42,274 bases of DNA, taken from a virus (lineage: Duplodnaviria; Caudoviricetes). The position numbers were made by a program, and so were the translations under genes. The notes under the pieces are model-generated. The model made no database searches, was not told the DNA's origin, and saw only the letters and a program-made list of their open reading frames with translations. Below, one piece after another: positions 9,225 to 17,919 of the stretch. Where the stretch lies: the IMG/VR virus record IMGVR_UViG_3300025635_000045, positions 1-42,274 of that record, one strand, 5' to 3'. Each line of letters starts with the position of its first letter. Positions within the stretch are counted from its first letter, which is position 1.

Positions 9225-9416
9225 ATGACGACACCGCCACTGTCCGACGATGAAATCCAATACTTTCGCGAGATGAAAAAACACGAGGAACATGTCCGCT
9301 GGCTATGGGCCAGCCTTCGCATCTGGGGCGGGTGGATCGCCGCGATCTGTACGGTAACGTGGGCAATCGTCAAATGGCTTCAAGAGATCGGTGTCCTGCG
9401 GAAGATCGGCACATGA
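9225..9416 (+). CDS. Small single-TM protein (holin/antiholin-like)
   Basis: Charged N-terminus then TM; ATGA-coupled to a 23-aa hydrophobic ORF at 9157-9228 and to the next gene. Confidence 0.55.
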   Translation: MTTPPLSDDEIQYFREMKKHEEHVRWLWASLRIWGGWIAAICTVTWAIVKWLQEIGVLRKIGT

Positions 9417-9895
9417 ACCGCAAGATCATGGGAATCCGCCGCCGCTATTGGTGCCACATCGCCGCTGCGGCGTTTTCGTTTATTGTTGCGGCTCCCGTTG
9501 TCGCAATGTTGGCCGACAACACCCCGCCCATCATTGTCGTGAACACCGAAATGCACCCGCCGCAAGTTGTCGCCGGGCAGACCGTCCGGGTAACGTGGAC
9601 GGCGCGGGAATTTCGGGCCTGTGACGGCGTTGTAAATCGCAGATTTATCGATAGCGCGGGCGTGATATTCGACACCGCCCCCATTCCGACTGTGTACCGG
9701 CGACAACTGAGCGGCGGCGGCAGATCGTTTAGCCGGGAAATACAGATACCGTCGGGCATGGCGCCCGGCCCGGCGATCTACACGGGAACGCGGCGCTATT
9801 GGTGCAACCCATTGCAGCAGTTATTGCGCGGCATGTTCGGCGCGGAAATCAATCTCCCTGTTGAACCAGTCCGGTTCACGGTCATCAAAGGGTGA
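9413..9895 (+). CDS. Membrane-anchored periplasmic beta-sandwich-like protein of the lysis region
   Basis: N-terminal TM, beta-rich domain with two Cys; similar to 22520-23083. Confidence 0.7.
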   Translation: MNRKIMGIRRRYWCHIAAAAFSFIVAAPVVAMLADNTPPIIVVNTEMHPPQVVAGQTVRVTWTAREFRACDGVVNRRFIDSAGVIFDTAPIPTVYRRQLSGGGRSFSREIQIPSGMAPGPAIYTGTRRYWCNPLQQLLRGMFGAEINLPVEPVRFTVIKG

Positions 9896-10080
9896 CGCAT
9901 TCCCGGCTACTCGCCATATTCACGGTCTGCTTCGTGTTCGGGATAGGGTTGGCGGCGCTTGCAGCTCACGCGGCTGCTTATTGGAATGTCACCGAGCGGC
10001 ACCATACCTATTGGTGTATGCACCCGTCAGGATTTGCGTTGCCGTGCATGTACCGGACAAACACCCCGGTTGATGTATAG
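9892..10080 (+). CDS. Small membrane/secreted hypothetical protein
   Basis: GTGA overlap; N-terminal hydrophobic helix. Confidence 0.5.
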   Translation: MTHSRLLAIFTVCFVFGIGLAALAAHAAAYWNVTERHHTYWCMHPSGFALPCMYRTNTPVDV

Positions 10081-10110
10081 CGTCCCCTTCAATAGCTCAT
10101 AGGTGATCTT

Positions 10111-11019
10111 TTGAACCGCCAACCCCGCGTGGCGTTCGTGGACATCGAGACGGCCCCATCCCTCGGGTTTTATTTCGACAAATGGAAAGAGGGCAACATC
10201 ATCGCAACGCAGGCCGAGTGGTACATGCTCAGCTTTGCGTACAAGTGGCAGGGCGAGCGGCGCGTTACGACCAAGGCGCTCCCCGACTATCCCGGCTTCA
10301 ACAAGCGCAAGGATGATGACCGCGATCTGGTCAAAGACCTCCATCGGGTTTTTGACGAGGCTGATGTCATCATTGCCCACAACGGCGACCGCTTCGATAT
10401 CCGCAAATCCAATGCACGGTTTATCGAACATGGGCTAGAGCCGCCCGCCCCATACAAGACAGTTGACACGCTCAAACTAGCCAAACGGCATTTCAAGTTT
10501 GACAGCAACAGGCTTGACGCGCTCGGCCAATCGCTCGGTGTCGGTCGGAAACTCCCACACACGGGCGTCCATCTGTGGCTCGGCTGTATGCACGGCGACC
10601 CGAAGTCGTGGCGTATCATGCGGCGATATAACGCCCGCGACGTGGAATTGCTGGAGCGCGTTTATGAACGGCTCAAGCCTTGGGCGACCAATCACCCCAA
10701 CCTGAACCTATACAGCGGGCGTTCGGCCTGTCCGACTTGCCAATCTAACCGGATCAAAGCGCGCGGGCTGAATTACGGCAAATCCGTAGCGCGCCAGCGG
10801 TGGCAATGCCTCGATTGCCATTCGTCATGGTCTGGTCAGATTGTCAAACCGGGAGAACAACCATGCGAAAGCGGAACGCCAAAACGCGCACGCGCTACCG
10901 TCACAAGCCGCGCCGGTTCCTCGACGCGGAAACCGGGCCGGACGATGAGCCGGACTGCGACGAACCGATCAATGGCGGCGGCAGCCAAGAATACAGCAAC
11001 ACGGAGGGCTAAGCGTTGA
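10111..11019 (+). CDS. RNase H-like/DnaQ-type 3'-5' exonuclease with C-terminal Zn ribbon
   Basis: FVDIET (ExoI), AHNGDRFD (ExoII), YNARDV (ExoIII); CPTC...CLDC. Confidence 0.85.
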   Translation: MNRQPRVAFVDIETAPSLGFYFDKWKEGNIIATQAEWYMLSFAYKWQGERRVTTKALPDYPGFNKRKDDDRDLVKDLHRVFDEADVIIAHNGDRFDIRKSNARFIEHGLEPPAPYKTVDTLKLAKRHFKFDSNRLDALGQSLGVGRKLPHTGVHLWLGCMHGDPKSWRIMRRYNARDVELLERVYERLKPWATNHPNLNLYSGRSACPTCQSNRIKARGLNYGKSVARQRWQCLDCHSSWSGQIVKPGEQPCESGTPKRARATVTSRAGSSTRKPGRTMSRTATNRSMAAAAKNTATRRAKR

Positions 11020-11189
11020 AAGAGATCCGCATGGCTGCAATCGCAATGGCCCCGATCAATTCACCGGGTAAAAAACAATGGGTATTTCACGGACGAATAG
11101 ATGGCGAGTTGGCGAAGATCACCATAGATGTGGGGGACCATCAATTCAGGCTGATAGAATCGGATGAAGTCGAATTGCCCTGCGCTTGA
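11016..11189 (+). CDS. Hypothetical protein (57 aa)
   Basis: GGAGG RBS; TTG start overlapping the upstream stop. Confidence 0.45.
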   Translation: MKEIRMAAIAMAPINSPGKKQWVFHGRIDGELAKITIDVGDHQFRLIESDEVELPCA

Positions 11190-11231
11190 GACATTTGCCT
11201 ACGTCAAGTTTAACGAACTGGAGGACTTTGC

Positions 11232-11531
11232 ATGTTGCGGGTGGCTGATGACGAATGCGCTGGTGGACACGCACCACGGACAATGGGCGGCGCTGATGAA
11301 AGCCCCGGCGTGTCCGGGAGAAACCCCTTGGCCTCGCAAGTCGCCGGCAACCACTACGCCAAGCTCGCCATCCAGCCGGTAGAATACATCCATCGCAACG
11401 GCCTAGATTTTCTACAGGGCAACATCGTCAAGTATGCCACGCGCCACAAAGACAAGAACGGCGCGGAGGATGTTCGGAAGATCATCCACTACGCGCAACT
11501 GATTTTGAAACTGGAATATGGCGAACACTAG
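11232..11531 (+). CDS. DUF3310-like (SaV-like) phage protein
   Basis: QVAGNHY..IQPVEYI..LDFLQGNIVKYATRHKDKNGAEDVRKIIHY. Confidence 0.8.
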   Translation: MLRVADDECAGGHAPRTMGGADESPGVSGRNPLASQVAGNHYAKLAIQPVEYIHRNGLDFLQGNIVKYATRHKDKNGAEDVRKIIHYAQLILKLEYGEH

Positions 11532-11564
11532 TGTTGCGTTAGCGACGGGACATTTCGCTTAACA

Positions 11565-11615
11565 GTGTTCCATAAACAGATCACCAAGGCATGTCGTGAT
11601 GCGTTTATGGATCAC
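11565..11615. terminator. Long inverted repeat at the convergence of right- and left-transcribed genes
   Basis: GTGTTCCATAAAC...GTTTATGGATCAC (12/13 paired) with inner ATCAC/GTGAT. Confidence 0.5.
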
Positions 11616-11677
11616 GCGGCGGTGATCGCTCACCCGGCGCAGATGATTGGCACGGCGCTCGTCTCGCTCATTGATAA

Positions 11678-11827
11678 TTATCGGTCGCGAAATCGCCGGT
11701 CGAACCAGCGACTAAGCCATTCGTGAGCGCGCCACTGCAAGAACAGCAAGAGCCCGCACACGCAGACGATCATACCCAGCGCGATGGCGTGAAGTGCCAT
11801 TCTCGCGCTCTCGTTAACGGCGTCCAT
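11678..11827 (-). CDS. Small single-TM protein (49 aa) with basic tail
   Basis: AGGAG RBS; MDAVNESARMALHAIALGMIVCVCGLLLFLQWRAHEWLSRWFDRRFRDR. Confidence 0.55.
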   Translation of the reverse strand: MDAVNESARMALHAIALGMIVCVCGLLLFLQWRAHEWLSRWFDRRFRDR

Positions 11828-11845
11828 CGGCTCGCTCCTGATAAA

Positions 11846-12058
11846 TCAGCGTTCGCGCTTTACTGCGGCCTTCATGGCCTTCGCCAAACATGCCGGGTGC
11901 GCGTGAGCCACTTCGTTGTGCGTCATCCGGTAGCCCGCACCGCGCAGGGCCGTTGAACATCCCCATCCGCCATTCTTGCCGCAGACCCAGCAGCACCGAC
12001 CGGCTAACGGTCCCTTGCGTGGCGCACGGTCGCGGTATGGCTCTATCGCCTTAATCAT
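11846..12058 (-). CDS. Small Cys/His-containing hypothetical protein
   Basis: CWVC...HPAC possible Zn site; ATGA coupling. Confidence 0.55.
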   Translation of the reverse strand: MIKAIEPYRDRAPRKGPLAGRCCWVCGKNGGWGCSTALRGAGYRMTHNEVAHAHPACLAKAMKAAVKRER

Positions 12059-12258
12059 CGCCGCACCTTCTCCACGTCCTCTACGGTGATCTGCCCGGCC
12101 AGCAGCAGCCGCAGAACGATTGCCACGCACTCGGGGACTGATCGGTCCCCTGATACCCAGCGGCGAGCCGTGCGGGGGTCGGCGCCGAACAGCCTTGCCG
12201 CCCCGACCTGTGAAAGGTCGAGGCGGTCAATGGCGGCCCTGAATTGGGTGGGGGTCAT
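12055..12258 (-). CDS. Small XRE/Cro-like HTH regulator
   Basis: MTPTQFRAAIDRLDLSQVGAARLFGADPRTARRWVSGDRSVP. Confidence 0.8.
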   Translation of the reverse strand: MTPTQFRAAIDRLDLSQVGAARLFGADPRTARRWVSGDRSVPECVAIVLRLLLAGQITVEDVEKVRR

Positions 12259-12605
12259 TCCCGACCGCCGTAGGCGCGTTCCTCGAAATCGGCGGCGGCC
12301 TTGCCGTCGCACTCGATGGTGTAGGCTTCCTGCGCCAGATAGCCGTCGAGCAGGCGTTCCGCGTCGTAGTGCCCGGTTGCATCGCACCCCCAGAAGCGGC
12401 GCATGTCGCCGTCGAAGGCCGGAACCGGCTGGCCGTGGTAGTTGTCGGCCTGATCGGCGTTGCCGCGAACGATGGTGTCGTTCGGATTGAAGCCGTAACG
12501 GGCGGCGATCATGCGGACCTTGGTTTCGTTCAGGTGGCGGTAGCCGTGGACTGCTGTGCGGTGCATCTTGTCTCTCCATCGCCGGGCAGGATTGCCCTTG
12601 CTCAT
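12255..12605 (-). CDS. Hypothetical protein, first gene of a moron-like operon
   Basis: ORF directly below a sigma70-like promoter; high-GC3 codon usage. Confidence 0.6.
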   Translation of the reverse strand: MSKGNPARRWRDKMHRTAVHGYRHLNETKVRMIAARYGFNPNDTIVRGNADQADNYHGQPVPAFDGDMRRFWGCDATGHYDAERLLDGYLAQEAYTIECDGKAAADFEERAYGGRE

Positions 12606-12611
12606 GGACGT

Positions 12612-12640
12612 AACCTAGGGCATTTGGCCCGTAGGGTCAA
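12612..12640 (-). promoter_or_regulatory. Sigma70-like promoter with internal palindromic operator
   Basis: TTGACC-17-TAGGTT, 6 nt before ATG; GGGC-CAAAT-GCCC dyad in the spacer. Confidence 0.6.
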
Positions 12641-12682
12641 TGGCCCTATTATCACGAATTGTTACAAAGCACAGTTGCGCTG

Positions 12683-12988
12683 TTACTGTCCGCGAACTTT
12701 CGCAACGGCAGCGCGGGCCGTGTCGCCAACATCAGCGATGAGTTTGCGGAGGATTTGTTCGGCTTCCTCTGGGCTTGACCACTCAACAGCCCACAGCATG
12801 TCTAGCTGCTTAGCCACGCCGTACAGTTCGGTCGCGGCGGCGGTCAGGCGGGCATTGGCTTCATCCTCCGCTCCGTATCCGTTGGCACAGTCGGCAATCG
12901 GGCGTCCCGCCGCATGGACGAAGGTCCGCGCATCCCCTTCGTATTCTGACTCTGCGGTCCACGGCCCCGGTGTATGCTTGTCCGTCAT
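12683..12988 (-). CDS. Phage hypothetical protein
   Basis: KHTPGPW...EANARL(I/T)AAA pattern common in small phage early proteins. Confidence 0.7.
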   Translation of the reverse strand: MTDKHTPGPWTAESEYEGDARTFVHAAGRPIADCANGYGAEDEANARLTAAATELYGVAKQLDMLWAVEWSSPEEAEQILRKLIADVGDTARAAVAKVRGQ

Positions 12989-13115
12989 GTGCAGTCCCTA
13001 TTGTGATGAAACTGGAAGAGCAGCCGGACGCTGGGCGAAGGCAGGCTTAACCCCGACGCCCGGCCCGCCAGCCGGTCGGGGAGACATGGCTGACGTTGCT
13101 CTATTCGTGTGATGG

Positions 13116-13505
13116 TCACAGTTCGCCCCTCATATATGAGGCAATCCTTGCGGCTGTTTCTGCCGTCATGCTCCCCTTCAGGGCGTTTGCGCGGTGGCTG
13201 ATAATTCGCACGTTGCCGGGGACGTATCCCCGATCATTGTCAATGCGATCAAATGTTGCCTTCCCGCCGCCGCCGCTATTCCCAATTCCATAGACAAGCG
13301 GGATGCCCAGGATCGGACAGTGAGTTGGAAATTCAACGTCGCCAACCTCGATGGTGCATTCTAGGTGCGCGCGGAATGTTGCGGGAAACCGGCACCGGGC
13401 CGACGTGCGAAGTCCGGCCAGCATTTGTTTCTTGGTGGCATCGTCTGGCGGTGCAGACGGCACAGGTTCGGCACAGATACCCGCATGGTTTCTTGCTATG
13501 TTCAC
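13116..13505 (-). CDS. HNH-type endonuclease
   Basis: HCPILGIPL...TFDRIDNDRGYVPGNVRIISHRANALK; AAAGGT RBS. Confidence 0.75.
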   Translation of the reverse strand: MNIARNHAGICAEPVPSAPPDDATKKQMLAGLRTSARCRFPATFRAHLECTIEVGDVEFPTHCPILGIPLVYGIGNSGGGGKATFDRIDNDRGYVPGNVRIISHRANALKGSMTAETAARIASYMRGEL

Positions 13506-13641
13506 GGTTTACCTTTCCGTCTTAGCTAGCAAATTCAACGTTTTAAGGGGTGGGCGCTTTGTTCGGGACGAAGGGGTCGTAGGTTCAAATCCTATCACTC
13601 CGACCAATTTTGAGCAAGTTGGCACAGATACGGCACAGATT
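13459..13641. repeat. Integrase arm-type binding repeats flanking the attP core
   Basis: GGCACAG(A/G)T at 13459, 13470, 13621 and 13632, as two tandem pairs. Confidence 0.65.
13561..13606 (+). mobile_element. attP core = 3' half of tRNA-Pro(CGG)
   Basis: GTTCGGGACGAAGGGGTCGTAGGTTCAAATCCTATCACTCCGACCA: anticodon loop, T-arm and CCA, but no 5' half; near the integrase. Confidence 0.88.
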
Positions 13642-13678
13642 AGACCTCTGCCGCGTTCCTTTGCCAATCGGGGTGATG
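13640..13678 (-). pseudogene. Stranded ancestral 3' end of the integrase gene
   Basis: Encodes HHPDWQRNAAEV*, matching the current integrase end [12 protein letters not shown]. Confidence 0.75.
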
Positions 13679-14182
13679 TCACAAATGCCTCCATGTCTTG
13701 TTGAGGAGGATCATGCTGATATTGCGATGACTAACCCCGAATTTCGCGCCGAGGGCCACGGTGGTCATCGACCGCCCAATCTGCCGAATTTCTATAACTT
13801 GGTCTGGGGTGAGCTTTATCTTGGGCGGACCGACGCGCCTTTCTTTCTTAGGGATACCAGCCCATCGCCGCTTAGCTGCGGCACGCGCGCCTTCTGAGTG
13901 CCTTCGCCGCCCATCGGGTGAATAGTTGTTGCGCTGCTCTTTTGCCGTCGCCCATCGGCAATTCTCTGGCGTATATGGTCCGGTTGGATCAATCCTATCT
14001 ATTGACATTCCATCTGGTCGTTCCCCCATATCTGCCAAAAAATTCTTGAAACTACGCCAGCGTTCGCAAACATAAATTCCCCGAGCGCCGTATTGATGGT
14101 AGCTGCTGTGATTTGGGTTGTGGCAGCGGCTAACCATGCCAGACCACGCCCCATACATTCGATGTCTAGATTTCAGAGGCAT
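13679..14182 (-). CDS. Free-standing HNH homing endonuclease with C-terminal HTH
   Basis: [52 protein letters not shown]; [24 protein letters not shown]. Confidence 0.85.
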   Translation of the reverse strand: MPLKSRHRMYGAWSGMVSRCHNPNHSSYHQYGARGIYVCERWRSFKNFLADMGERPDGMSIDRIDPTGPYTPENCRWATAKEQRNNYSPDGRRRHSEGARAAAKRRWAGIPKKERRVGPPKIKLTPDQVIEIRQIGRSMTTVALGAKFGVSHRNISMILLNKTWRHL

Positions 14183-15146
14183 TTTTTTGATACTCTGGAT
14201 GATGGTGCCCGTACACCCGCTGGATCATCTCGACGGTCATCCCAAGTGACCCGGCGGCCTCCCATGCGTCCACGCCCGCCTGCATCAGCCACGTCGCCCG
14301 CGTGTGCCGCAGCGTGTGCGGGGTGACACCGGCAAGCCCGGCCCGATCCGCCGCCGCCTTCCACGACCGCCGCAGTTTGATGACGGCGGCCCCATCGTAA
14401 TGGCACAGATACGGCGATGCCGCCCCGTCGAGCCGTTTCCAGCGCCGCAGGTGCGTTAAAATCCGATTTCCGAGTCGCACTGGCGGCGCTCGCTTCGTCG
14501 CACTGGTGGTCATCCCTGGGCGAATGCGGGCCATTACACCCGCCGATAGGTCTATCTGCGGCCATTGCAACCGTAGGATGACGCCGGATCGGGAGCCGGT
14601 GTAAAGCGCCAGCAGGATGAACCGTCGCAGGTGTTGCGTCCGCCGCGCGGCCCACAAGAGCCTGGCCGCCTCCGATCTGGTCAACCAGCGATCCCGAGGC
14701 GCGGACTTGGGCGGCATGACGACCGCCGGCACAGTCGTTAAGGGGCCGTGCTCCCGGTGCCAATGCTTGATGGCAGCTCGCAGAATTTCCAGATTGCGCC
14801 GAGCTGCGGCGGGCGTCCGGGTCACGGCATAGGCCCGACAGTTCCGCGCCGTCACGTCCGCGACGGTCTTGTCGCCCCACCACCTCGACAGCGTGCCGAT
14901 TCCATATTCCAGATTGCGCGGCTCCCGCGTGTGCGGGACATGCTCGTTCAGATAGGCCAGGAGCACATCCGCGATCAGTGGTTCGCATGACGGCTCCGGG
15001 GTGTACTTGGCCGCGATGTAGCGCGAGAGGGCTTGCTGAGCCTCAATTTCAGTGCCGCCTGTGCGGATGAAATGCGGGCCGTCTCGGATGACGTATCCGC
15101 GTCCCTTTTGAAAGTAGAGGCGCGGGCCTTTGGCTCGACGCGGCAT
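14166..15146 (-). CDS. int: Tyrosine integrase
   Basis: LYTGSR, HTLRHT and VYGHH catalytic motifs; start [10 protein letters not shown] chosen over the longer ORF. Confidence 0.93.
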   Translation of the reverse strand: MPRRAKGPRLYFQKGRGYVIRDGPHFIRTGGTEIEAQQALSRYIAAKYTPEPSCEPLIADVLLAYLNEHVPHTREPRNLEYGIGTLSRWWGDKTVADVTARNCRAYAVTRTPAAARRNLEILRAAIKHWHREHGPLTTVPAVVMPPKSAPRDRWLTRSEAARLLWAARRTQHLRRFILLALYTGSRSGVILRLQWPQIDLSAGVMARIRPGMTTSATKRAPPVRLGNRILTHLRRWKRLDGAASPYLCHYDGAAVIKLRRSWKAAADRAGLAGVTPHTLRHTRATWLMQAGVDAWEAAGSLGMTVEMIQRVYGHHHPEYQKNASEI

Positions 15147-15310
15147 AGGGCGATCATCTCGCGGATAGCGTTCGGTGTCGTATAGAGCCTTTTGCCAATC
15201 CGAAACATTGTCAACCGGCCACGATCCGCCTCGGCGCGCAGCGTCCACACCGTAAACCCGAAGTGTTGGGCGGCGTCTGCCAAGGTCACTGGATCGTCGT
15301 CGCGGGTCAT
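14975..15310 (-). CDS. xis: Excisionase-like HTH protein overlapping int
   Basis: VTLADAAQHFGFTVWTLRAEADRGRL..RIGKRLYTT; position upstream of int. Confidence 0.7.
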   Translation of the reverse strand: MTRDDDPVTLADAAQHFGFTVWTLRAEADRGRLTMFRIGKRLYTTPNAIREMIALCRVEPKARASTFKRDADTSSETARISSAQAALKLRLSKPSRATSRPSTPRSRHANH

Positions 15311-15319
15311 GGTCAGTCT

Positions 15320-16228
15320 TTAGCTGTTAGCGGACGCCATCTGCGGCTCGGCCTCACGCGCGAATAGATCGTCCTGCTTGTCCTGCGCGTCGAGATACCG
15401 GCAAGCCTGCCGCCAGTAGCTTTCCTTTAATTCGATGCCGACAAAGCGGCGGTTCAGTTTGAGAGAACTAACGCCCTCGGAGCCGATTCCCATGAACGGG
15501 GACAACACAATGTCATCCTCGTTGCTCCACATAATCAGCGCGCGTTCGATCACGTCGAGTTGCAGCGGGCACAGGTGCCGCTCATCGTTGGCGTCTTTCG
15601 CCGCCTTGACGTTCAAGACGTTGGATTGCCGAACGCTCATCCATACCGGCGATGCCCATTCCTGCCATTGGTCGAGCGGGAAATCCTCTGGCGTGTGATT
15701 GATCGGGTCCGGGTTGTCGCCTGGCTTGATGAACGTCAGCAGATAGTCCGGCATCCCGCCGCGTGACTTGCTGCTATCTTTTTGTAGTTGCTTGTAGAGC
15801 AAGCCGACATGCTTCGTGCGGGTCATTTCGACAACAGGGCATTTCCAGATCGTGCGGCGACCGTGCAAAATCCATCCGGCTTCTTCGTGGATCTTGATAA
15901 TCTGGCCGCTGAAATCCTTGATGCCGACCGCGCCGTCCTTCCATTTTGTCATGGGAAGGTCGGAGCAATGAACGGCAGTTATCCGACCCGGCTTTGTGAC
16001 GCGGAATTTCTCCCGCACCATGTAGAGATAGTGCAGGGCAAATTCATCGTCGGTTGAATTTCCCATGTCAGCCGCGCCCTCGGAATAGACAAACAGCGAG
16101 CCGAACGGCGGGCTGTAAACCGAGAAGCCGATGCTGTTCTCTGGAAACTGGCTCAGCACATCAACGCAGTCGCCGTTGATGGCTTGAAACCGTTTGCCGG
16201 AATGTTCGTTCAAGCAGCGCAAATCCAC
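15320..16228 (-). CDS. DNA methyltransferase (N4-C/N6-A, beta class)
   Basis: GDC, SPPF (motif IV), HLCPLQLDVI, SPFMGIGSEG (motif I), FVGIELK. Confidence 0.9.
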   Translation of the reverse strand: MDLRCLNEHSGKRFQAINGDCVDVLSQFPENSIGFSVYSPPFGSLFVYSEGAADMGNSTDDEFALHYLYMVREKFRVTKPGRITAVHCSDLPMTKWKDGAVGIKDFSGQIIKIHEEAGWILHGRRTIWKCPVVEMTRTKHVGLLYKQLQKDSSKSRGGMPDYLLTFIKPGDNPDPINHTPEDFPLDQWQEWASPVWMSVRQSNVLNVKAAKDANDERHLCPLQLDVIERALIMWSNEDDIVLSPFMGIGSEGVSSLKLNRRFVGIELKESYWRQACRYLDAQDKQDDLFAREAEPQMASANS

Positions 16229-17604
16229 GGCGCAATCCTCGCTTTATGGGTTGGAACATACGGGGCCTTACGCACGGCGTTGCTACCGACCGCGCGAAGC
16301 ATTGCCTCGCGCATGGACTTTTTCATCTTGCCGTGGTCGCCCGCCTTGCGGTCGATCACCCGGCCAATCGTGTCCTCGCCTTCCGCGACGATAAGATGAA
16401 CATTCACGGCGCGCTTTTGACCGAACCGCCAGCAACGGCGGACGGCCTGGTAGTAAGTCTCGTAACTGTAGGAGCGACCGACAAACGCCATGCGGGCGCA
16501 ATGTGACCAGTCCAAACCGAATCCGCACATCGACGGCTTGGCGATCAGATGCTTGGCCTCTCCGCTCGCGAACGCATCTAGGCGCGTTTCCTTTTCGTCA
16601 ATAGAATGCGATCCACGAACGTCAATCGCGCTCGGCACCGCTGCCTTGAGCGCGTCGGCCTCGTAGTCGGTATCGCACCAGATCAGCCACGGCTCGTTAG
16701 GCTCTGCCGCCACAAGCGATGCAGTCATTTCCGCGCGGGCCTCGATGGTCTGCCGCTTCACGTCATGCAGCTTCGTGGCCGACATGACCGGAGCGCCGAA
16801 CATATCGGCCAGTTCGTTATCAATCTTGCTGTCCCGCGACTTGTGCCGGTTCACACTGTACGCCGGCAGGACGAACGCCGCGTCGTCTCCCGCCTTGCCG
16901 GTCAGGTCCGATGGCTTCTCAGCCATCCGCGCCCATGACGCCATCCAATCCCAAAACGCGCCAACCGCATGGCCCTTCAATCGCCACTCTTGCGAGGCCG
17001 TGGACGCATCGTTGATGAAGAACCGCGATAGCATTTCATTCGCGGCCATGATTTCCAGGAACTCGGCATAGTTTCCCAATTCCATATGATCGTTTGGAGC
17101 AGGCGTTGCCGTCGCCACCAGCTTGAACCGCGCGCCCTTGTGCGCTTCGATTAGCGCCCGCGTCGTCTTGCCGGTGAAGCTCTTGAGGATCGATGCCTCG
17201 TCCAGTGACACAATCTGAAACGATCCGGCGTCGATCTTGTCGCGGCGGTCATAATTGCAGATGTTGATGCCTGGGCCGGCCTCGGATTGCTCGCGAATAA
17301 CGCGGGCCTCGTAGCCCCACCGCTCTGCGCGCTTCTTTGTCTGCTGCGCGACCGCGAGCGGCGTCCAGATCAGCGCGGGCTTGTTGATGGCCTCAATCGC
17401 GCGCTGGCAGAAATCAAGTTGAACCTCAGTCTTGCCAAGGCCAGTATCGAGGAAGCACCCCGACGACCCGGCCCGCAAGGCAAACTCGACACAATGGCGC
17501 TGGAACGGGAATAGATGGCCCGCCAGTTCCGGCGTTTGTTTCAGCCCGCGCTCGGTCGCGCGAACCGCCTTTGATGCCAGAAAATTCAGGTAGTCACGGT
17601 TCAT
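16210..17604 (-). CDS. SNF2-like superfamily 2 helicase
   Basis: DTGLGKT, LDEAS, TATPAPND, QAVRRCWRFGQ. Confidence 0.9.
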   Translation of the reverse strand: MNRDYLNFLASKAVRATERGLKQTPELAGHLFPFQRHCVEFALRAGSSGCFLDTGLGKTEVQLDFCQRAIEAINKPALIWTPLAVAQQTKKRAERWGYEARVIREQSEAGPGINICNYDRRDKIDAGSFQIVSLDEASILKSFTGKTTRALIEAHKGARFKLVATATPAPNDHMELGNYAEFLEIMAANEMLSRFFINDASTASQEWRLKGHAVGAFWDWMASWARMAEKPSDLTGKAGDDAAFVLPAYSVNRHKSRDSKIDNELADMFGAPVMSATKLHDVKRQTIEARAEMTASLVAAEPNEPWLIWCDTDYEADALKAAVPSAIDVRGSHSIDEKETRLDAFASGEAKHLIAKPSMCGFGLDWSHCARMAFVGRSYSYETYYQAVRRCWRFGQKRAVNVHLIVAEGEDTIGRVIDRKAGDHGKMKKSMREAMLRAVGSNAVRKAPYVPTHKARIAPWICAA

Positions 17605-17617
17605 GTGCGGTCAGCCT

Positions 17618-17806
17618 TTAGTTGGTAATGCTGATGCCGGGGAACACAGCCGCACGAATTTCCCCGCACTCGTTGCATTGGGCGTATGGGACGAGTGCAG
17701 CATCTTCATCAAGATTGATATTCCAGCATCCGCAGCAATGTTTAGCGCGTTCGGTCCCGTCCGCATTTGTGCTGTGGTTCGCCCAAGTTTTTAGTGCTAT
17801 TCTCAT
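17618..17806 (-). CDS. Small Zn-finger-like protein
   Basis: CCGC...CNECG; preceded by the repeated junction motif. Confidence 0.55.
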   Translation of the reverse strand: MRIALKTWANHSTNADGTERAKHCCGCWNINLDEDAALVPYAQCNECGEIRAAVFPGISITN

Positions 17807-17919
17807 CGGTTCACTCTGCGGTGATTTCGTCGTAGACCTGTTTGCCGGTGTCGTTCATCGTCTGCGCTCTCTAGTCGTTCTTGTCGGCGTTAAGCAGAAG
17901 CCTGTTCGGCCATTCCCAA

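Noticed and set aside
11565-11615. Integron attC site
   Set aside because: Single copy, lacks proper RYYYAAC/GTTRRRY ends, and the integrase shows no IntI features
13540-13606. Complete tRNA-Pro gene
   Set aside because: No 5' acceptor strand or D-arm upstream; only the 3' half is present, as expected for attP
13459-13641. Mini CRISPR array
   Set aside because: Repeats are only 9-11 bp in tandem pairs without spacers; they fit integrase arm sites
15320-17604. Restriction-modification or defence system (MTase + helicase)
   Set aside because: No nuclease or specificity subunit; this pairing is common in temperate phage early regions
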